Positions 1-8,982 of a stretch of DNA of 59,262 bases are shown here, piece by piece. The translations under genes were made by a program, and so were the position numbers. This stretch comes from a virus (lineage: Duplodnaviria; Heunggongvirae; Uroviricota; Caudoviricetes), in IMG/VR virus record IMGVR_UViG_3300027851_000011, one strand, 5' to 3'. The notes beneath the pieces were generated by a model that was not told where the DNA came from, did not search any database, and was given only the letters and a program-made list of their open reading frames with translations. Positions within the stretch are counted from its first letter, which is position 1. The number at the start of each line of letters is the position of its first letter.

Positions 1-404
1 GTGCTCGGGGCGTCGGTGCCGGTGACCAGCGACTGCGAGTTGGCCACGATCTGCTTCAGTGTCCCGTCGACGCCGAGCCCAGTCACCGACATCAACTGCA
101 CGGTGTCCCACATGGCGTGGAGACCACGGAACAGCAGCGAGCGACGCCGGGCTCCCTGTGCCGACTTCATCTTGTTGTAGCCGATGTACTCACCCTCGCA
201 CATGAACCGCCATGCGTTCGATACCGGATCGGCGAAGAAGACGGCACAGTGCGACCGCTCTGGCAGCGCGTCCCATTCGGGCACCGCCGGCACATCGACG
301 GAGAACGACAGATGCGACCCGTCTGACGCGCTGATGGCGACGTTCATCGGCGAGAACTTCACGCCGTTGATGTAGACGATGACGGATACAGCGAACGTGG
401 ACAT
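1..404 (-). CDS. 5' part of a probable baseplate hub/tail protein; runs off the left edge of the window
   Basis: Not in the ORF track. Manual translation from ATG at 404 is open to the edge: MSTFAVSVIVYINGVKFSPMNVAIS...LPERSHCAVFF...WRFMCEGEYIG. It is co-oriented with and 14 bp downstream of 419..2782. The hub assignment is inferred from the beta-rich N-terminus and position after the tape measure gene. Confidence 0.55.
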   Translation of the reverse strand, partial: MSTFAVSVIVYINGVKFSPMNVAISASDGSHLSFSVDVPAVPEWDALPERSHCAVFFADPVSNAWRFMCEGEYIGYNKMKSAQGARRRSLLFRGLHAMWDTVQLMSVTGLGVDGTLKQIVANSQSLVTGTDAPS

Positions 405-418
405 GATGCTCTCGTTTT

Positions 419-2782
419 CTATTTGGCGCCACCGCGCAGCTCGACCTTGCTCGGATCGTTGCCAGCCTGCGAGTATGACGCGCGGCCAGCCGTGTCGAGA
501 AGCGCGCGAACGCGGCGGATGCGGGCTTCGGACTCGGCGTCGATGGCGTCAGTCGGAGGCGAAATGACGATGCGTGCGAACACGCTTCCATTCTTGTCAG
601 CGCTCAGCGACGCCGTCGCAACCATATCATCGGAGCCGATGCGGATCGTCGTCTTCCGCTCTTCTGGTGTGAGCGTGAAGCTGTAGATGCTGGTGGCGAC
701 CGAGAACGTGAACGTTCCGCCATTCATGAGGCCCAGCATGTCCTGCGACGACAGACCGAGTTCCTCCTTCGGAACGAGATATGCCGTGACGTGTGTCGTC
801 GCGTTGGTTCCGTACAGCCCGTAGTTGGTCGTGTTGAAGGCGCACTTCGCTGGATCGAGCGCGCTGCCGATCGGACCACGCGGCGCCATCTGCAAGCAGA
901 ACGAGACGATGAACCGGAACTCTTCGTAGAGATCACCACCGATCGTGCCCATGAAGTCGCCGCCGATCCCATCGACACCGACGAAGTACGCGATCGGGTT
1001 GTCGTCGCCGTCGACCATCGGTCCTGGGCCGGTGAGCGTGAACGGGATGTTGAACGTCGCGTTCGGGATGTCGTAGGTCATGCCGCCGGGCGTGATCGCC
1101 AGCGTGGACAGCGGCTTCTGGTCTGAGGACTGTGCCTGAGCACGCGGGTCGACCTTGTTGGCACCCTTGTAGGCCCACGTCCGTGCGACCGGCGTGGCGG
1201 AGAACGAGATGTGGCCCTTGAGCGGTTCGTCAGTGCCACGAGGGGCGATGCGGAAGGCGAGGGTTCCCGTGCACGTGTTGGCGTCGAACAGGAGCCAGGA
1301 CTCGGCGACGGTGCAGAGATTGTCGGCGCCCTTCGAATACACGCCACGCGCCGGGGTTCCGTCCTCAGCGAGGACGCCGACATCCCGGATCTCCATCAGG
1401 ATCTTCTCGCTGGCAATGAAGGTGATCTCGACGGTCACCGACTTGTTGGCACCGTTACTGATGACGATCGACGTCGTCATCCCGCGATTGTCGATGCCTT
1501 TCCCGGCGATGAATGCCTGCCGCAGTGCCGAGTAGTCGGTGACACGAACGGTCAGTGGAACCTTGCCACTCCGCGACTGCGATCCGTGCACAGCTGCCTT
1601 GTCGGCGTACTCCAGGGTGAGACCACGGATCTTGGACGTCGTGTTCAAGATGTAGCCGCTGTGCGAGCATTCGAGCGTCAGCTCAGGGATCGTGCCCTCC
1701 GGCGAGCCATCGGGCTTGATACGGCCAAGATCCGTACGTGCCGAAGGTCCGGGTGTGCCAGAGCCGACAGCGACCTTCATGTCGAACTCGCCGACTGCGA
1801 CGTTCAGCTCGGCCTTGTTGACGGTGTCCGTCTGCTTCTTCTTCGGTGCGATGAGGTTGTTGAACAGCTTGTTGCTGCCCCAGGTGTCCGATTCGTTGAT
1901 GACGATCATCTGGAACGCGAACGGCGTCGTGGTCTCCAGACTGGAGTCACGGTTGTCAGACGTGGCGACGATGTAGCCGTCGAAGATGTCGCCGGCCGGT
2001 GTAGTGACGCGGACGAAGACGTCGTTCTGCGCGCTCTTGGTCGCACGAACGTACTGCTCGTAGAACGACTTCCAGGCGAAGATAGGCGGCACGTAGTCAG
2101 CAGCGGCCTCACGGCCGGTGACACGCGTGCGAAGAGGCACGGTGTGCATGTAGCCGCTGAACTGATACCGGCGCACGAAGCGCCCAGACGCGAAGATGTG
2201 TGGAGCGCCGAAGGTCTCGACGACATCGACACGCTCCTGGTCCTGCATCGTGATGTTGGTCAGGATGAAGTAGTCGAACTGCGCGATCCATTCGCCGGGC
2301 GCTGCGGGTGTCCCGTTCATCAGCGCGAGGTGCGCCTTGTTCTCATTCGACAGCTCGACAGCGTTCTTCGGGATGCTGCCGCCACGACGCATGAGGACAC
2401 TGAATGGGCTGAGCGTCGCCGTCTCGCTCGTGGTCTGCGTGAACGCGCCGCTCTTGCGCCATGCCTTCACTGGGTCCCACGGCTCCGTCTTCTTGCGCTT
2501 GTCACTGGTGATCTTGCCACCGTTCTCCAGCGTTCGCTTCTTCCAGTAGTTCGGATCGTTGCGGTTGGTGAACGAGTTGTAGGTGTCCGCTGCTGCGTCC
2601 TTCACCCCGCGAACAGCGCGCGTGAAGAGTCCGATCGGCTTCTCATCTTCCCGTGGCTGCGCGTTCTTCGCGTTCGGGTCGATGCTCGATCCAGTGCCGC
2701 CACCGATGTCGGTGGGCACAATCGTGTGCTGTCCAGGCTCGACAGTTCCGGCGGCAGGAAGGTTGTTGAGCGGCTCAGGCAT
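419..2782 (-). CDS. Virion structural protein, 787 aa (tail-tube-initiator/baseplate-like domain followed by beta-rich domains)
   Basis: Long ORF with typical codon bias. The segment FILTNITMQDQERVDVVETFGAPHIFASGRFVRRYQFSG resembles tube-fold proteins found downstream of tape measure genes (inference). Confidence 0.5.
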   Translation of the reverse strand: MPEPLNNLPAAGTVEPGQHTIVPTDIGGGTGSSIDPNAKNAQPREDEKPIGLFTRAVRGVKDAAADTYNSFTNRNDPNYWKKRTLENGGKITSDKRKKTEPWDPVKAWRKSGAFTQTTSETATLSPFSVLMRRGGSIPKNAVELSNENKAHLALMNGTPAAPGEWIAQFDYFILTNITMQDQERVDVVETFGAPHIFASGRFVRRYQFSGYMHTVPLRTRVTGREAAADYVPPIFAWKSFYEQYVRATKSAQNDVFVRVTTPAGDIFDGYIVATSDNRDSSLETTTPFAFQMIVINESDTWGSNKLFNNLIAPKKKQTDTVNKAELNVAVGEFDMKVAVGSGTPGPSARTDLGRIKPDGSPEGTIPELTLECSHSGYILNTTSKIRGLTLEYADKAAVHGSQSRSGKVPLTVRVTDYSALRQAFIAGKGIDNRGMTTSIVISNGANKSVTVEITFIASEKILMEIRDVGVLAEDGTPARGVYSKGADNLCTVAESWLLFDANTCTGTLAFRIAPRGTDEPLKGHISFSATPVARTWAYKGANKVDPRAQAQSSDQKPLSTLAITPGGMTYDIPNATFNIPFTLTGPGPMVDGDDNPIAYFVGVDGIGGDFMGTIGGDLYEEFRFIVSFCLQMAPRGPIGSALDPAKCAFNTTNYGLYGTNATTHVTAYLVPKEELGLSSQDMLGLMNGGTFTFSVATSIYSFTLTPEERKTTIRIGSDDMVATASLSADKNGSVFARIVISPPTDAIDAESEARIRRVRALLDTAGRASYSQAGNDPSKVELRGGAK

Positions 2783-3278
2783 TGGAGATCTCCCGCGTAG
2801 CCGACATCTCCGTGTGCTCGACGGATGCGAAAGCCATCACGCGCTCTTCGTCGAACTGGTGGTCGATGGCAGAGTATTCAGAGCGCTCGTTGCCAGCCGG
2901 GCCTCCGAGAGTGACGTCCTCGATGAGGCTGCTGGCCTGGGCTGGGCGTACCGACGCAGTCTTGGCGATGACGCTGGCGGCGTCGACAGCGCGGCTGAAC
3001 TCGGCCGTGGCATCAGCGCTGACGAGCTGGTTGAAGACGTCGCGGCCACGGGAGTTCGAAGCGCTCGGGTCGTTGGCAATGAACGAGGCCCGCGTCTTCT
3101 CGGCCTGCATCGTCTTCGTGGCGTTGGTGAGCGTCAGCTTCTGGCGCTCACTGCGCTGAATGTCTTCCTTCGTCAGCGGACGGCCAGCTGGCGCTGTCTC
3201 GATGTGACCATCGTCGTGGGTATACTCGACGTAGTACCCGGCGGCGTCAGTGCGAATCAGGCGTTTCACGACAGCCAT
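2775..3278 (-). CDS. Hypothetical protein, 167 aa
   Basis: Tiles the operon: 8-bp overlap with the downstream gene and 3-bp gap to the upstream gene. GGAG lies upstream. Confidence 0.7.
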   Translation of the reverse strand: MAVVKRLIRTDAAGYYVEYTHDDGHIETAPAGRPLTKEDIQRSERQKLTLTNATKTMQAEKTRASFIANDPSASNSRGRDVFNQLVSADATAEFSRAVDAASVIAKTASVRPAQASSLIEDVTLGGPAGNERSEYSAIDHQFDEERVMAFASVEHTEMSATREISNA

Positions 3279-3281
3279 GGC

Positions 3282-4007
3282 TCAGGCTCCAGTGGACGCG
3301 ACAGGCGTCCCCTTCGGGATGGCATACGGCCCGGTCGTGGCGTCGTCGCCCTTGGTGCACAGTAGACCAGTCGATGCAGCGTAGGGTTGCAGCGGCGGCG
3401 TGAGCGCACCACGTGAACCGACAGCGGCCTCTTCGAGGTCGCTGAGCGAGAGCTTGTCGGTCGGCACGGGGATCGCAGGGCTCACATCGACGCCGAGGTT
3501 GGCAAGGTTGTCCTGGATGACGGTGATGACCTTGCTCGGGGTCACGAGATCCGCGAACTCTTCAGCAGTCGGCATCATTGGACCGGGCAGGTACGAGAAC
3601 AGCTTGAACTGATCGTAGAGGCGCTTGATCTCTGCTGGCGACGGGTCGGGCTTGTCGGTCTGGTAGACGGAGCTGACGACGCCGTCACGGCTCCAGAAGG
3701 CCGAGCGGTGCTGCTCCAGCAGACGCACAGCGCGTGTGGCGGCGAATGGGCCGACGACAGCTCGGAACGCTACCGGCGCTTCGTCGGCCGTATCCTGGCG
3801 TTCGCCGGTGAGATCTGACTCGATGGCGGCCGGTTCACTGACGACACGGGGCTGCGACAGCTCGACGTCAGGAGCCGGCGGCACATCGACGATGCGCTCG
3901 TAGGCGTTGATTGGACCCTGCGGCGTGGAACCGTCGAAGTTCCAGATGTTGGTCGGCTCGTTCCACACGGTGGCCGGCGCGTTAACGGAGTCAGCGGGGT
4001 TGGTCAT
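3282..4007 (-). CDS. Hypothetical protein, 241 aa (tail module)
   Basis: Tiles the minus-strand operon directly after the tape-measure-like gene. Confidence 0.7.
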   Translation of the reverse strand: MTNPADSVNAPATVWNEPTNIWNFDGSTPQGPINAYERIVDVPPAPDVELSQPRVVSEPAAIESDLTGERQDTADEAPVAFRAVVGPFAATRAVRLLEQHRSAFWSRDGVVSSVYQTDKPDPSPAEIKRLYDQFKLFSYLPGPMMPTAEEFADLVTPSKVITVIQDNLANLGVDVSPAIPVPTDKLSLSDLEEAAVGSRGALTPPLQPYAASTGLLCTKGDDATTGPYAIPKGTPVASTGA

Positions 4008-4113
4008 GCTTTGCCCTTCACGGCGCGCACCTTCTGGCTCGCCCAGCGGAGGATCTCAGCGATCTGAAGGAGCCGCTTCGCGCGCTCTGTGGCGAGAGCA
4101 TCGTGGGCCGCCA

Positions 4114-7100
4114 TTACTTGCTCCCGTTCTGAGCAGGCTGGCTGCTGATGCTGGTCTGGATCTCGTTGAGGATCTGCGCGGTCTTGTGCAGCAGCTTGGC
4201 CTCCGTCTCGCTGGCGGCCTGCTCCTGCTTGGCGCCGACGCCACCAAGGATGCTCGCCATGACGTTCTCACGCAGCACGCCGCTGCTCCCGTGCTCCTTC
4301 TTGTTCTTGGTCCATTCCTCTTCGGAGAGGTTGAAGCCGTACTTCTGGTTGAAGTCGGCCGCCGACATGCGCAGCAGGTCCTCGTTCGAAGCGACGCTGA
4401 CCGCCTGCTTGGCGGCCTCACCGAAGACGCCGGACGTCGCCAGCTCCTTCATGCGTCCGCTGTCGAGCGCCTGATAGAGGTCACCGCCCTTGAGCGTGTC
4501 GAGCGTCGACTGGACCAGATTCCGGTCCTCACGGCTGAGGCCCTCAGCGTCGCCCAGACGGGATTCGAGGAACCGCTTCGCTGCTTCTTCGTCAGCGCTC
4601 AGCATTTCATCGGCGATGGCATTGGCTGTGCTGCCGAAGCCCTTGCCTGCCTTGCGGAGCTGATCTGGATCATCATCGTACATCTCGCGCACGTTGGCTT
4701 CGAACGCCTCGAATGCCTTGTCGCCCATCATCTTCCGCAGCGTTGCAGCTTCGACATCTCCGGGGCGTCCCTTCCCGTCAAGCACCGACGAAATGTACTT
4801 CTGCATCGAACCCGACGAGGCTGCGATGTTCGAACCGTAGACGCGATCCTTCCACCAGCCCTTCTGGCCGAGCGCAGTCTTCATGGCGTCCTGAACATCT
4901 TCAGACGCGTGGAACTTGTTGCCGTCGATCTCAAAGGCTTCCGAGAGGTTGGCCACACCGCGACGCGCGCTGCGCATGTCAGCGACGTCCTGGAGCGTGA
5001 TGCCCTTGTTCTGTTCGACGACGTTCGCCATCAGCCCAGCCATCGCGATCGTGTCGTCACCGTCTGTGGCATCGTTCGACATGCTGATCAGCTGATCCCA
5101 GGCGCTTCCTGAGATGCCGTCTGGGCCAAGCTCCTGAAGCCGGCGCAGGCCACGATCGGCGTTCGCGCGACGATTGGCGTTGGCCAGCCGCTGGATCTGG
5201 CCGATCTGCTTGCTGTCGCGCACGCGCGTCTTGTCGCCGCCACCGAACGCTGTGTAGGCGAGGTAGCCGACGCCAGCGACGGCGGCGGCGCCCAGCAGGA
5301 TCGGCGCAGCTGCCGTGAGCCCGATGCCGAGACCCATGGCGCCGGCTGCCATGGCTCCGGTGCCCGTGAACGACGCAGCACCAAGGGCCGACAGGCCCCA
5401 ACCACCAAGCCATGCCGCGCCACCACCAGCAAGGGCCGCAGACCCGGCGCCTGCAAGCGTGCCGGTCACGTTCTCAGCCGTGTGGTTTGCCAGGATCAGT
5501 TCGGTCGGCTGCCCGGACTCGCGGCTCTTTCGCTGTGCCAGCGCCGTGGCGCGCTCGCTGAAGCTCATGCCCGAGGTTCCAGCAGCGCCAGCGTAGGAGC
5601 TGAGGTGGGCCATCTGGAAGTCGAGGCCCTCTTCGCCGTAGCCCATGATGCCTTCACGAGCACTGTCGAGGATCCCGGACGTGAAGCGCTCAAGCGCTTG
5701 AGCACCAGCGTGCACACGACCAGCAAAGCTGTGCCGCGAGAAGTAGCGATCCTGCTCGTCACGCATCTGCATCGCGCGCTCAGAGCGGTATGCCTGCACC
5801 TGAACCTGCGACGATGCACGGCGGCCCTGAGCCGACAGATTCGTGGCAGCCCAAGCCCGCGCTGTGCCGGCGTCCATGCCGTACTGGTTCTGGAGCATCT
5901 GAACAGCGAAGCCCTGGCCAGCACGCGACGATGCATCGAGCCCGACCATCTCCAGGCTGGACGAGATCTGGTTGCGGAAGAGGTTGTCGGCCTGATCGCC
6001 GGTCATGTTGTCGAGCGCTTCGTAGCGATCGAGATTCATCGACAGCAGATCGCCGCCGGTGCGATACCGCGACAGCCCATTCATCATGGCGCCCAGGCTG
6101 CTGCGCCCACCGACGCCAGCGCCGCCCTGAAGCGCGAGGAACCCAGGCATCGACGATGCGAAGCCGATCTGTGCCCGTGCGATGTTGGCTGCCACAGCTG
6201 ATGCGCCACCAGCCTGCGCAATCGCGTTCGGGCTGATGATGCCAAGCGCCGACGCGTTGCGCACCAGCGCCATGTTCGTCGCTGCCATCTGCATGGCAGC
6301 TGCACCGTTCACACCGCTGCCCATCTGCCCTTCGGCAAACTGGCCGGCGAACGACAGCATCTCACCGCTCGACATGCCGGCCACGCCGCTGAGAGCACCG
6401 ATGTGACGGATCACTGCCTGCTGCTGGCTGACGCCCTGGATCCCCATCGTGCGCAGATTGCCCATCGTCTGCGTGATCTCGCCGACGCTCATGTGCAGCG
6501 TGCGCGTCAGCGATGCCGTGGCAGCAGCGAGTTCCTTGGTGCGCTTGATGAAGTCGTCGGTCGAACCCACGTCGTTGAACTGGTTCGTCCGCATCCCCGT
6601 ATCGACGATCTGGCTGTAGTCGCCGAGCGACAGCCGAGAGTCGTGCATGGCCAGCTGGCTGACGCTGTGTGCGAGCTGCGCCGAGTGTCCGTAGCTCAGG
6701 CCGGCACCGAAAGCATTCGCCATCGGGTTGCCAGCGCGGATGAAGCGCTGGCTGTTCTTGTAGATCGTGCCTGCGAGTTCGTTCGAGAACTGCGTGTACT
6801 CAGGAGCGATGAAGTTGCCGAGCAGGTTGGCAGTTCGAATGCCGAGCGACTGGCGGGCCGTCGCCTGATACTCCAGCTGCGTCATCGACGACGGAGCGCG
6901 GTTCAGGCCGATGGCGCCGAGCAGATCACCGCTGTAGCTCGACTCGTAGACGTGCTTGTACGCGTTGCTCCAACCGAGCGTGTTCCACTCGCCGAGCATC
7001 GTGCGGTCAGCGGCAGCCTGGAACTTGGAGAAGGTCTGGCCCGCTGGTGCACCACCAACAGAGGCTCCGCCGCCGCCACCAGCCATGGCCGACGCGGTCG

Positions 7101-7182
7101 ACCTGCTCATGCGCAGCTCGTCGCGGATCTCCCGCAGCAGTTCCTGCTGCTGCGTCAGATAGGCTTGGTCGACTTCGGGCAT
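4114..7182 (-). CDS. Tape measure-like protein, 1022 aa
   Basis: Ala/Gly/Met-rich helical protein with a long hydrophobic Gly/Ala stretch (GGAAWLGGWGLSALGAA...AAAVAGVGYLAY). It sits immediately downstream of a chaperone pair carrying a frameshift site. Confidence 0.75.
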   Translation of the reverse strand: MPEVDQAYLTQQQELLREIRDELRMSRSTASAMAGGGGGASVGGAPAGQTFSKFQAAADRTMLGEWNTLGWSNAYKHVYESSYSGDLLGAIGLNRAPSSMTQLEYQATARQSLGIRTANLLGNFIAPEYTQFSNELAGTIYKNSQRFIRAGNPMANAFGAGLSYGHSAQLAHSVSQLAMHDSRLSLGDYSQIVDTGMRTNQFNDVGSTDDFIKRTKELAAATASLTRTLHMSVGEITQTMGNLRTMGIQGVSQQQAVIRHIGALSGVAGMSSGEMLSFAGQFAEGQMGSGVNGAAAMQMAATNMALVRNASALGIISPNAIAQAGGASAVAANIARAQIGFASSMPGFLALQGGAGVGGRSSLGAMMNGLSRYRTGGDLLSMNLDRYEALDNMTGDQADNLFRNQISSSLEMVGLDASSRAGQGFAVQMLQNQYGMDAGTARAWAATNLSAQGRRASSQVQVQAYRSERAMQMRDEQDRYFSRHSFAGRVHAGAQALERFTSGILDSAREGIMGYGEEGLDFQMAHLSSYAGAAGTSGMSFSERATALAQRKSRESGQPTELILANHTAENVTGTLAGAGSAALAGGGAAWLGGWGLSALGAASFTGTGAMAAGAMGLGIGLTAAAPILLGAAAVAGVGYLAYTAFGGGDKTRVRDSKQIGQIQRLANANRRANADRGLRRLQELGPDGISGSAWDQLISMSNDATDGDDTIAMAGLMANVVEQNKGITLQDVADMRSARRGVANLSEAFEIDGNKFHASEDVQDAMKTALGQKGWWKDRVYGSNIAASSGSMQKYISSVLDGKGRPGDVEAATLRKMMGDKAFEAFEANVREMYDDDPDQLRKAGKGFGSTANAIADEMLSADEEAAKRFLESRLGDAEGLSREDRNLVQSTLDTLKGGDLYQALDSGRMKELATSGVFGEAAKQAVSVASNEDLLRMSAADFNQKYGFNLSEEEWTKNKKEHGSSGVLRENVMASILGGVGAKQEQAASETEAKLLHKTAQILNEIQTSISSQPAQNGSK

Positions 7183-7234
7183 GCGCTACCTTCTAGGGCT
7201 GCATCATCTGACAGCGCATGCTCAAGGGAAGTCG

Positions 7235-7651
7235 TCACTTCCGTTTCACCACCGGCTGCTGACGGCTGATCTCGCGGGTGACATCCACGCCGTGGGTGAA
7301 CGACGGCGGTGCGTTCGTCGGCCGTGAGACCTTCACCACCCCATTCTCAAGCCCGGCTTCGAGCGGCGCCATCTTCGCGATCTCGTTCATGCGTGCATCG
7401 AGCGAAGCCTGATGCTCCAGCTTGCTCTCGACCGTGATCGGAACGGCCATCTCCATATACTCGCCGGCAGCCTTGGCGGCTGCTTCTCCGTTGCCCATCA
7501 TGGCGAGGAACATCGCCTTCGTCTTCAACGCGTCCATCAACATGCGCCGCTGGTAGACGAAGAACTTCATCCGCTCCTGAAGGTTGTCCGACCCGGTATC
7601 TACACCGTCAAGCTGCGCGTTGACGGTGTAGTAGACGACCGGGTCGGCCAT
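7235..7651 (-). CDS. Tail assembly chaperone, second ORF (lambda T-like), 138 aa
   Basis: In the -1 frame relative to the upstream gene, TGATG overlap at 7649-7653, directly precedes the tape measure gene. Confidence 0.6.
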   Translation of the reverse strand: MADPVVYYTVNAQLDGVDTGSDNLQERMKFFVYQRRMLMDALKTKAMFLAMMGNGEAAAKAAGEYMEMAVPITVESKLEHQASLDARMNEIAKMAPLEAGLENGVVKVSRPTNAPPSFTHGVDVTREISRQQPVVKRK

Positions 7652-8223
7652 CAGTTTCCCAGTTCACGCTCCATGACCACGCTGAGATACGTGTTCAGGA
7701 TTTCGCACTCTTCGGCGAGGCGGTTGATCAGCTGCACCGGCAGCGTGCGGATCATCTTCAGCTTCTGTGCGATCGGGTACTTCGAGATGTCGCGCTTCTG
7801 GCCGTTGGCGACCTCGACCGGCGGCTGGATCGCGCTCAGCCACTGAAGCAGCGTGGCCTCATTCGGGTGCACAGGACCGAGATCGTCACGCACGGTCTTC
7901 CCATCAGTGGCCGGGACTTCGATCACCGGAGCCTGCACGAAGACGTCGATCTGCCGCGCTTGCTCACCGTTCGGCGGCGACAGGAAGTAGCCGGCGCCGA
8001 ACAGCTTCACCTCGTGCGCAGCGACAGCACCGATCAGGGCCATCGCCGGGTTGATGTCGCTGAAGCGCGCCTTGTGCGCAGCGATGTATGCGTCCTGCGC
8101 GGCGGTGCGCTTGGCCTTGGACTCGACGGTGAGCGCCGCGATGCGGGCGTCGGTCGCCGCGATCTGCTGCTCCAGGTTCTTGGCGTCGGTCTCTTTGGCT
8201 TTCAGCTCGGTCTCGGTGGACAT
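7651..8223 (-). CDS. Tail assembly chaperone (lambda G-like), 190 aa
   Basis: Start re-assigned to ATG 8223 (MSTETELK), preceded by AGGAG. Ends ...ERELGN* on a G-GGA-AAC slippery heptamer. Confidence 0.65.
   Translation of the reverse strand: MSTETELKAKETDAKNLEQQIAATDARIAALTVESKAKRTAAQDAYIAAHKARFSDINPAMALIGAVAAHEVKLFGAGYFLSPPNGEQARQIDVFVQAPVIEVPATDGKTVRDDLGPVHPNEATLLQWLSAIQPPVEVANGQKRDISKYPIAQKLKMIRTLPVQLINRLAEECEILNTYLSVVMERELGN
7654..7660 (-). other. Programmed -1 ribosomal frameshift site (GGGAAAC)
   Basis: Minus strand reads CTG GGA AAC TGA. The -1 frame reads GGG AAA CTG ATG GCC GAC, in frame with 7235..7651. Matches X XXY YYZ. Confidence 0.7.
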
Positions 8224-8245
8224 GGTCGGCTCTCCTGTGGCTGGG

Positions 8246-8273
8246 AGCTTCCAGGCGGGTGACCCTAATGCAA
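8246..8273 (-). promoter_or_regulatory. Putative sigma70-like promoter for the leftward tail operon
   Basis: TTGCAT-16 nt-GAAGCT, the same spacing as the other promoter-like motifs in the window. Confidence 0.4.
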
Positions 8274-8296
8274 GGAAAGTCGGCAACACGACTCGG

Positions 8297-8564
8297 TTAC
8301 CCACCTCGACGGTGGGTGAGGTGGGTAAGGAGGTGGGTAAACTCTCATAACTCCCCCTATTCCAGTCTCTTACAACTCTCTTTACCCACCTCCCCACCTC
8401 GAAATAGAAATCCTGAGTTTCTGGGAGGACTCTGACAGTGCTGAAATGTAAATCTGCTCAGACAAAGTGCCGTTTAGTTTGAGTAGATCTACAAATCTGC
8501 ATGCACGGGGCGACACCCTAAATAGCAGAGGTCTGGTGGGGAGGTGGGTAACTTTTGTTGTAAG
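8297..8564. repeat. Iteron-like 11-mer GAGGTGGGTAA in both orientations, part of a 30-bp imperfect inverted repeat
   Basis: Forward copies at 8318-8328, 8330-8340 and 8541-8551; reverse copies (TTACCCACCTC) at 8297-8307 and 8382-8392. Segments 8369-8398 and 8535-8564 are reverse complements apart from a 5-nt block. Confidence 0.85.
8447..8493. repeat. Imperfect palindromic element, copy 1
   Basis: TGTAAATCTGCTCA-19 nt (containing AAGTGCC)-TGAGTAGATCTACA. Confidence 0.75.
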
Positions 8565-8651
8565 TCGGTGTTAGTCCAGCTAGTTAAGCCCGTGGCCACC
8601 AGCTCTGGCCACCGGCTGGTGGCCGACGGTGGCCAACCAGCCGGGACACAG

Positions 8652-8705
8652 CACATGTAAATCTACTCAACGAAGTGCCATCTTGTGTGAGTAGATTTAC
8701 ATGTG
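8652..8705. repeat. Perfect 18-bp inverted repeat element, copy 2
   Basis: CACATGTAAATCTACTCA (8652-8669)-18 nt (containing AAGTGCC)-TGAGTAGATTTACATGTG (8688-8705). Confidence 0.9.
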
Positions 8706-8856
8706 GCCTGTACACACATCGTCTATTTTTCTAAAAGCTGCGAGGCAGCTGGTGGTGGTGGCGGTGGCCGGCACCAGATTCCTGGGTCAAAATAACCACC
8801 CCACGTGCTGTCGCCGCACCGCGTGGGGTGGCTGTCTCCGAACGAGGGGACAGCTA

Positions 8857-8898
8857 AAAGCACCCCACGCGATAGGGCGCCGCCGCGTGGGGTGCTTT
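8857..8898. terminator. GC-rich hairpin with A/T flanks (possible bidirectional terminator or protein-binding palindrome)
   Basis: AAAGCACCCCACGCG-12 nt-CGCGTGGGGTGCTTT, a perfect 15-bp stem. A related CACCCCACG/CGTGGGGTG-like pair lies at about 8798-8830. Confidence 0.45.
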
Positions 8899-8948
8899 CT
8901 GCTGGAACTTGGTATCGCGCGCATTAGCCGGCGGCTGGCGTTGCCGCG

Positions 8949-8976
8949 TTGTCCTGCTCGTGCCAGCGCGTACCCT
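8949..8976 (+). promoter_or_regulatory. Putative promoter for the baseplate operon (probably a leaderless transcript)
   Basis: TTGTCC-16 nt-TACCCT, then 6 nt to ATG 8983, with no Shine-Dalgarno. Identical hexamers occur at 18480-18507. Confidence 0.55.
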
Positions 8977-8982
8977 TCGCAC

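Noticed and set aside
8297-8705. Repeats considered as a CRISPR array
   Set aside because: Units are 11 bp or palindromic, occur in both orientations with irregular spacing, and there are no unique equal-length spacers or cas genes.
8224-8982. Upstream extensions of ORFs 7651..8397 and 8701..9393 into the intergenic region
   Set aside because: The extensions translate repeat DNA. Better starts with RBS or promoter context are at 8223 and 8983.
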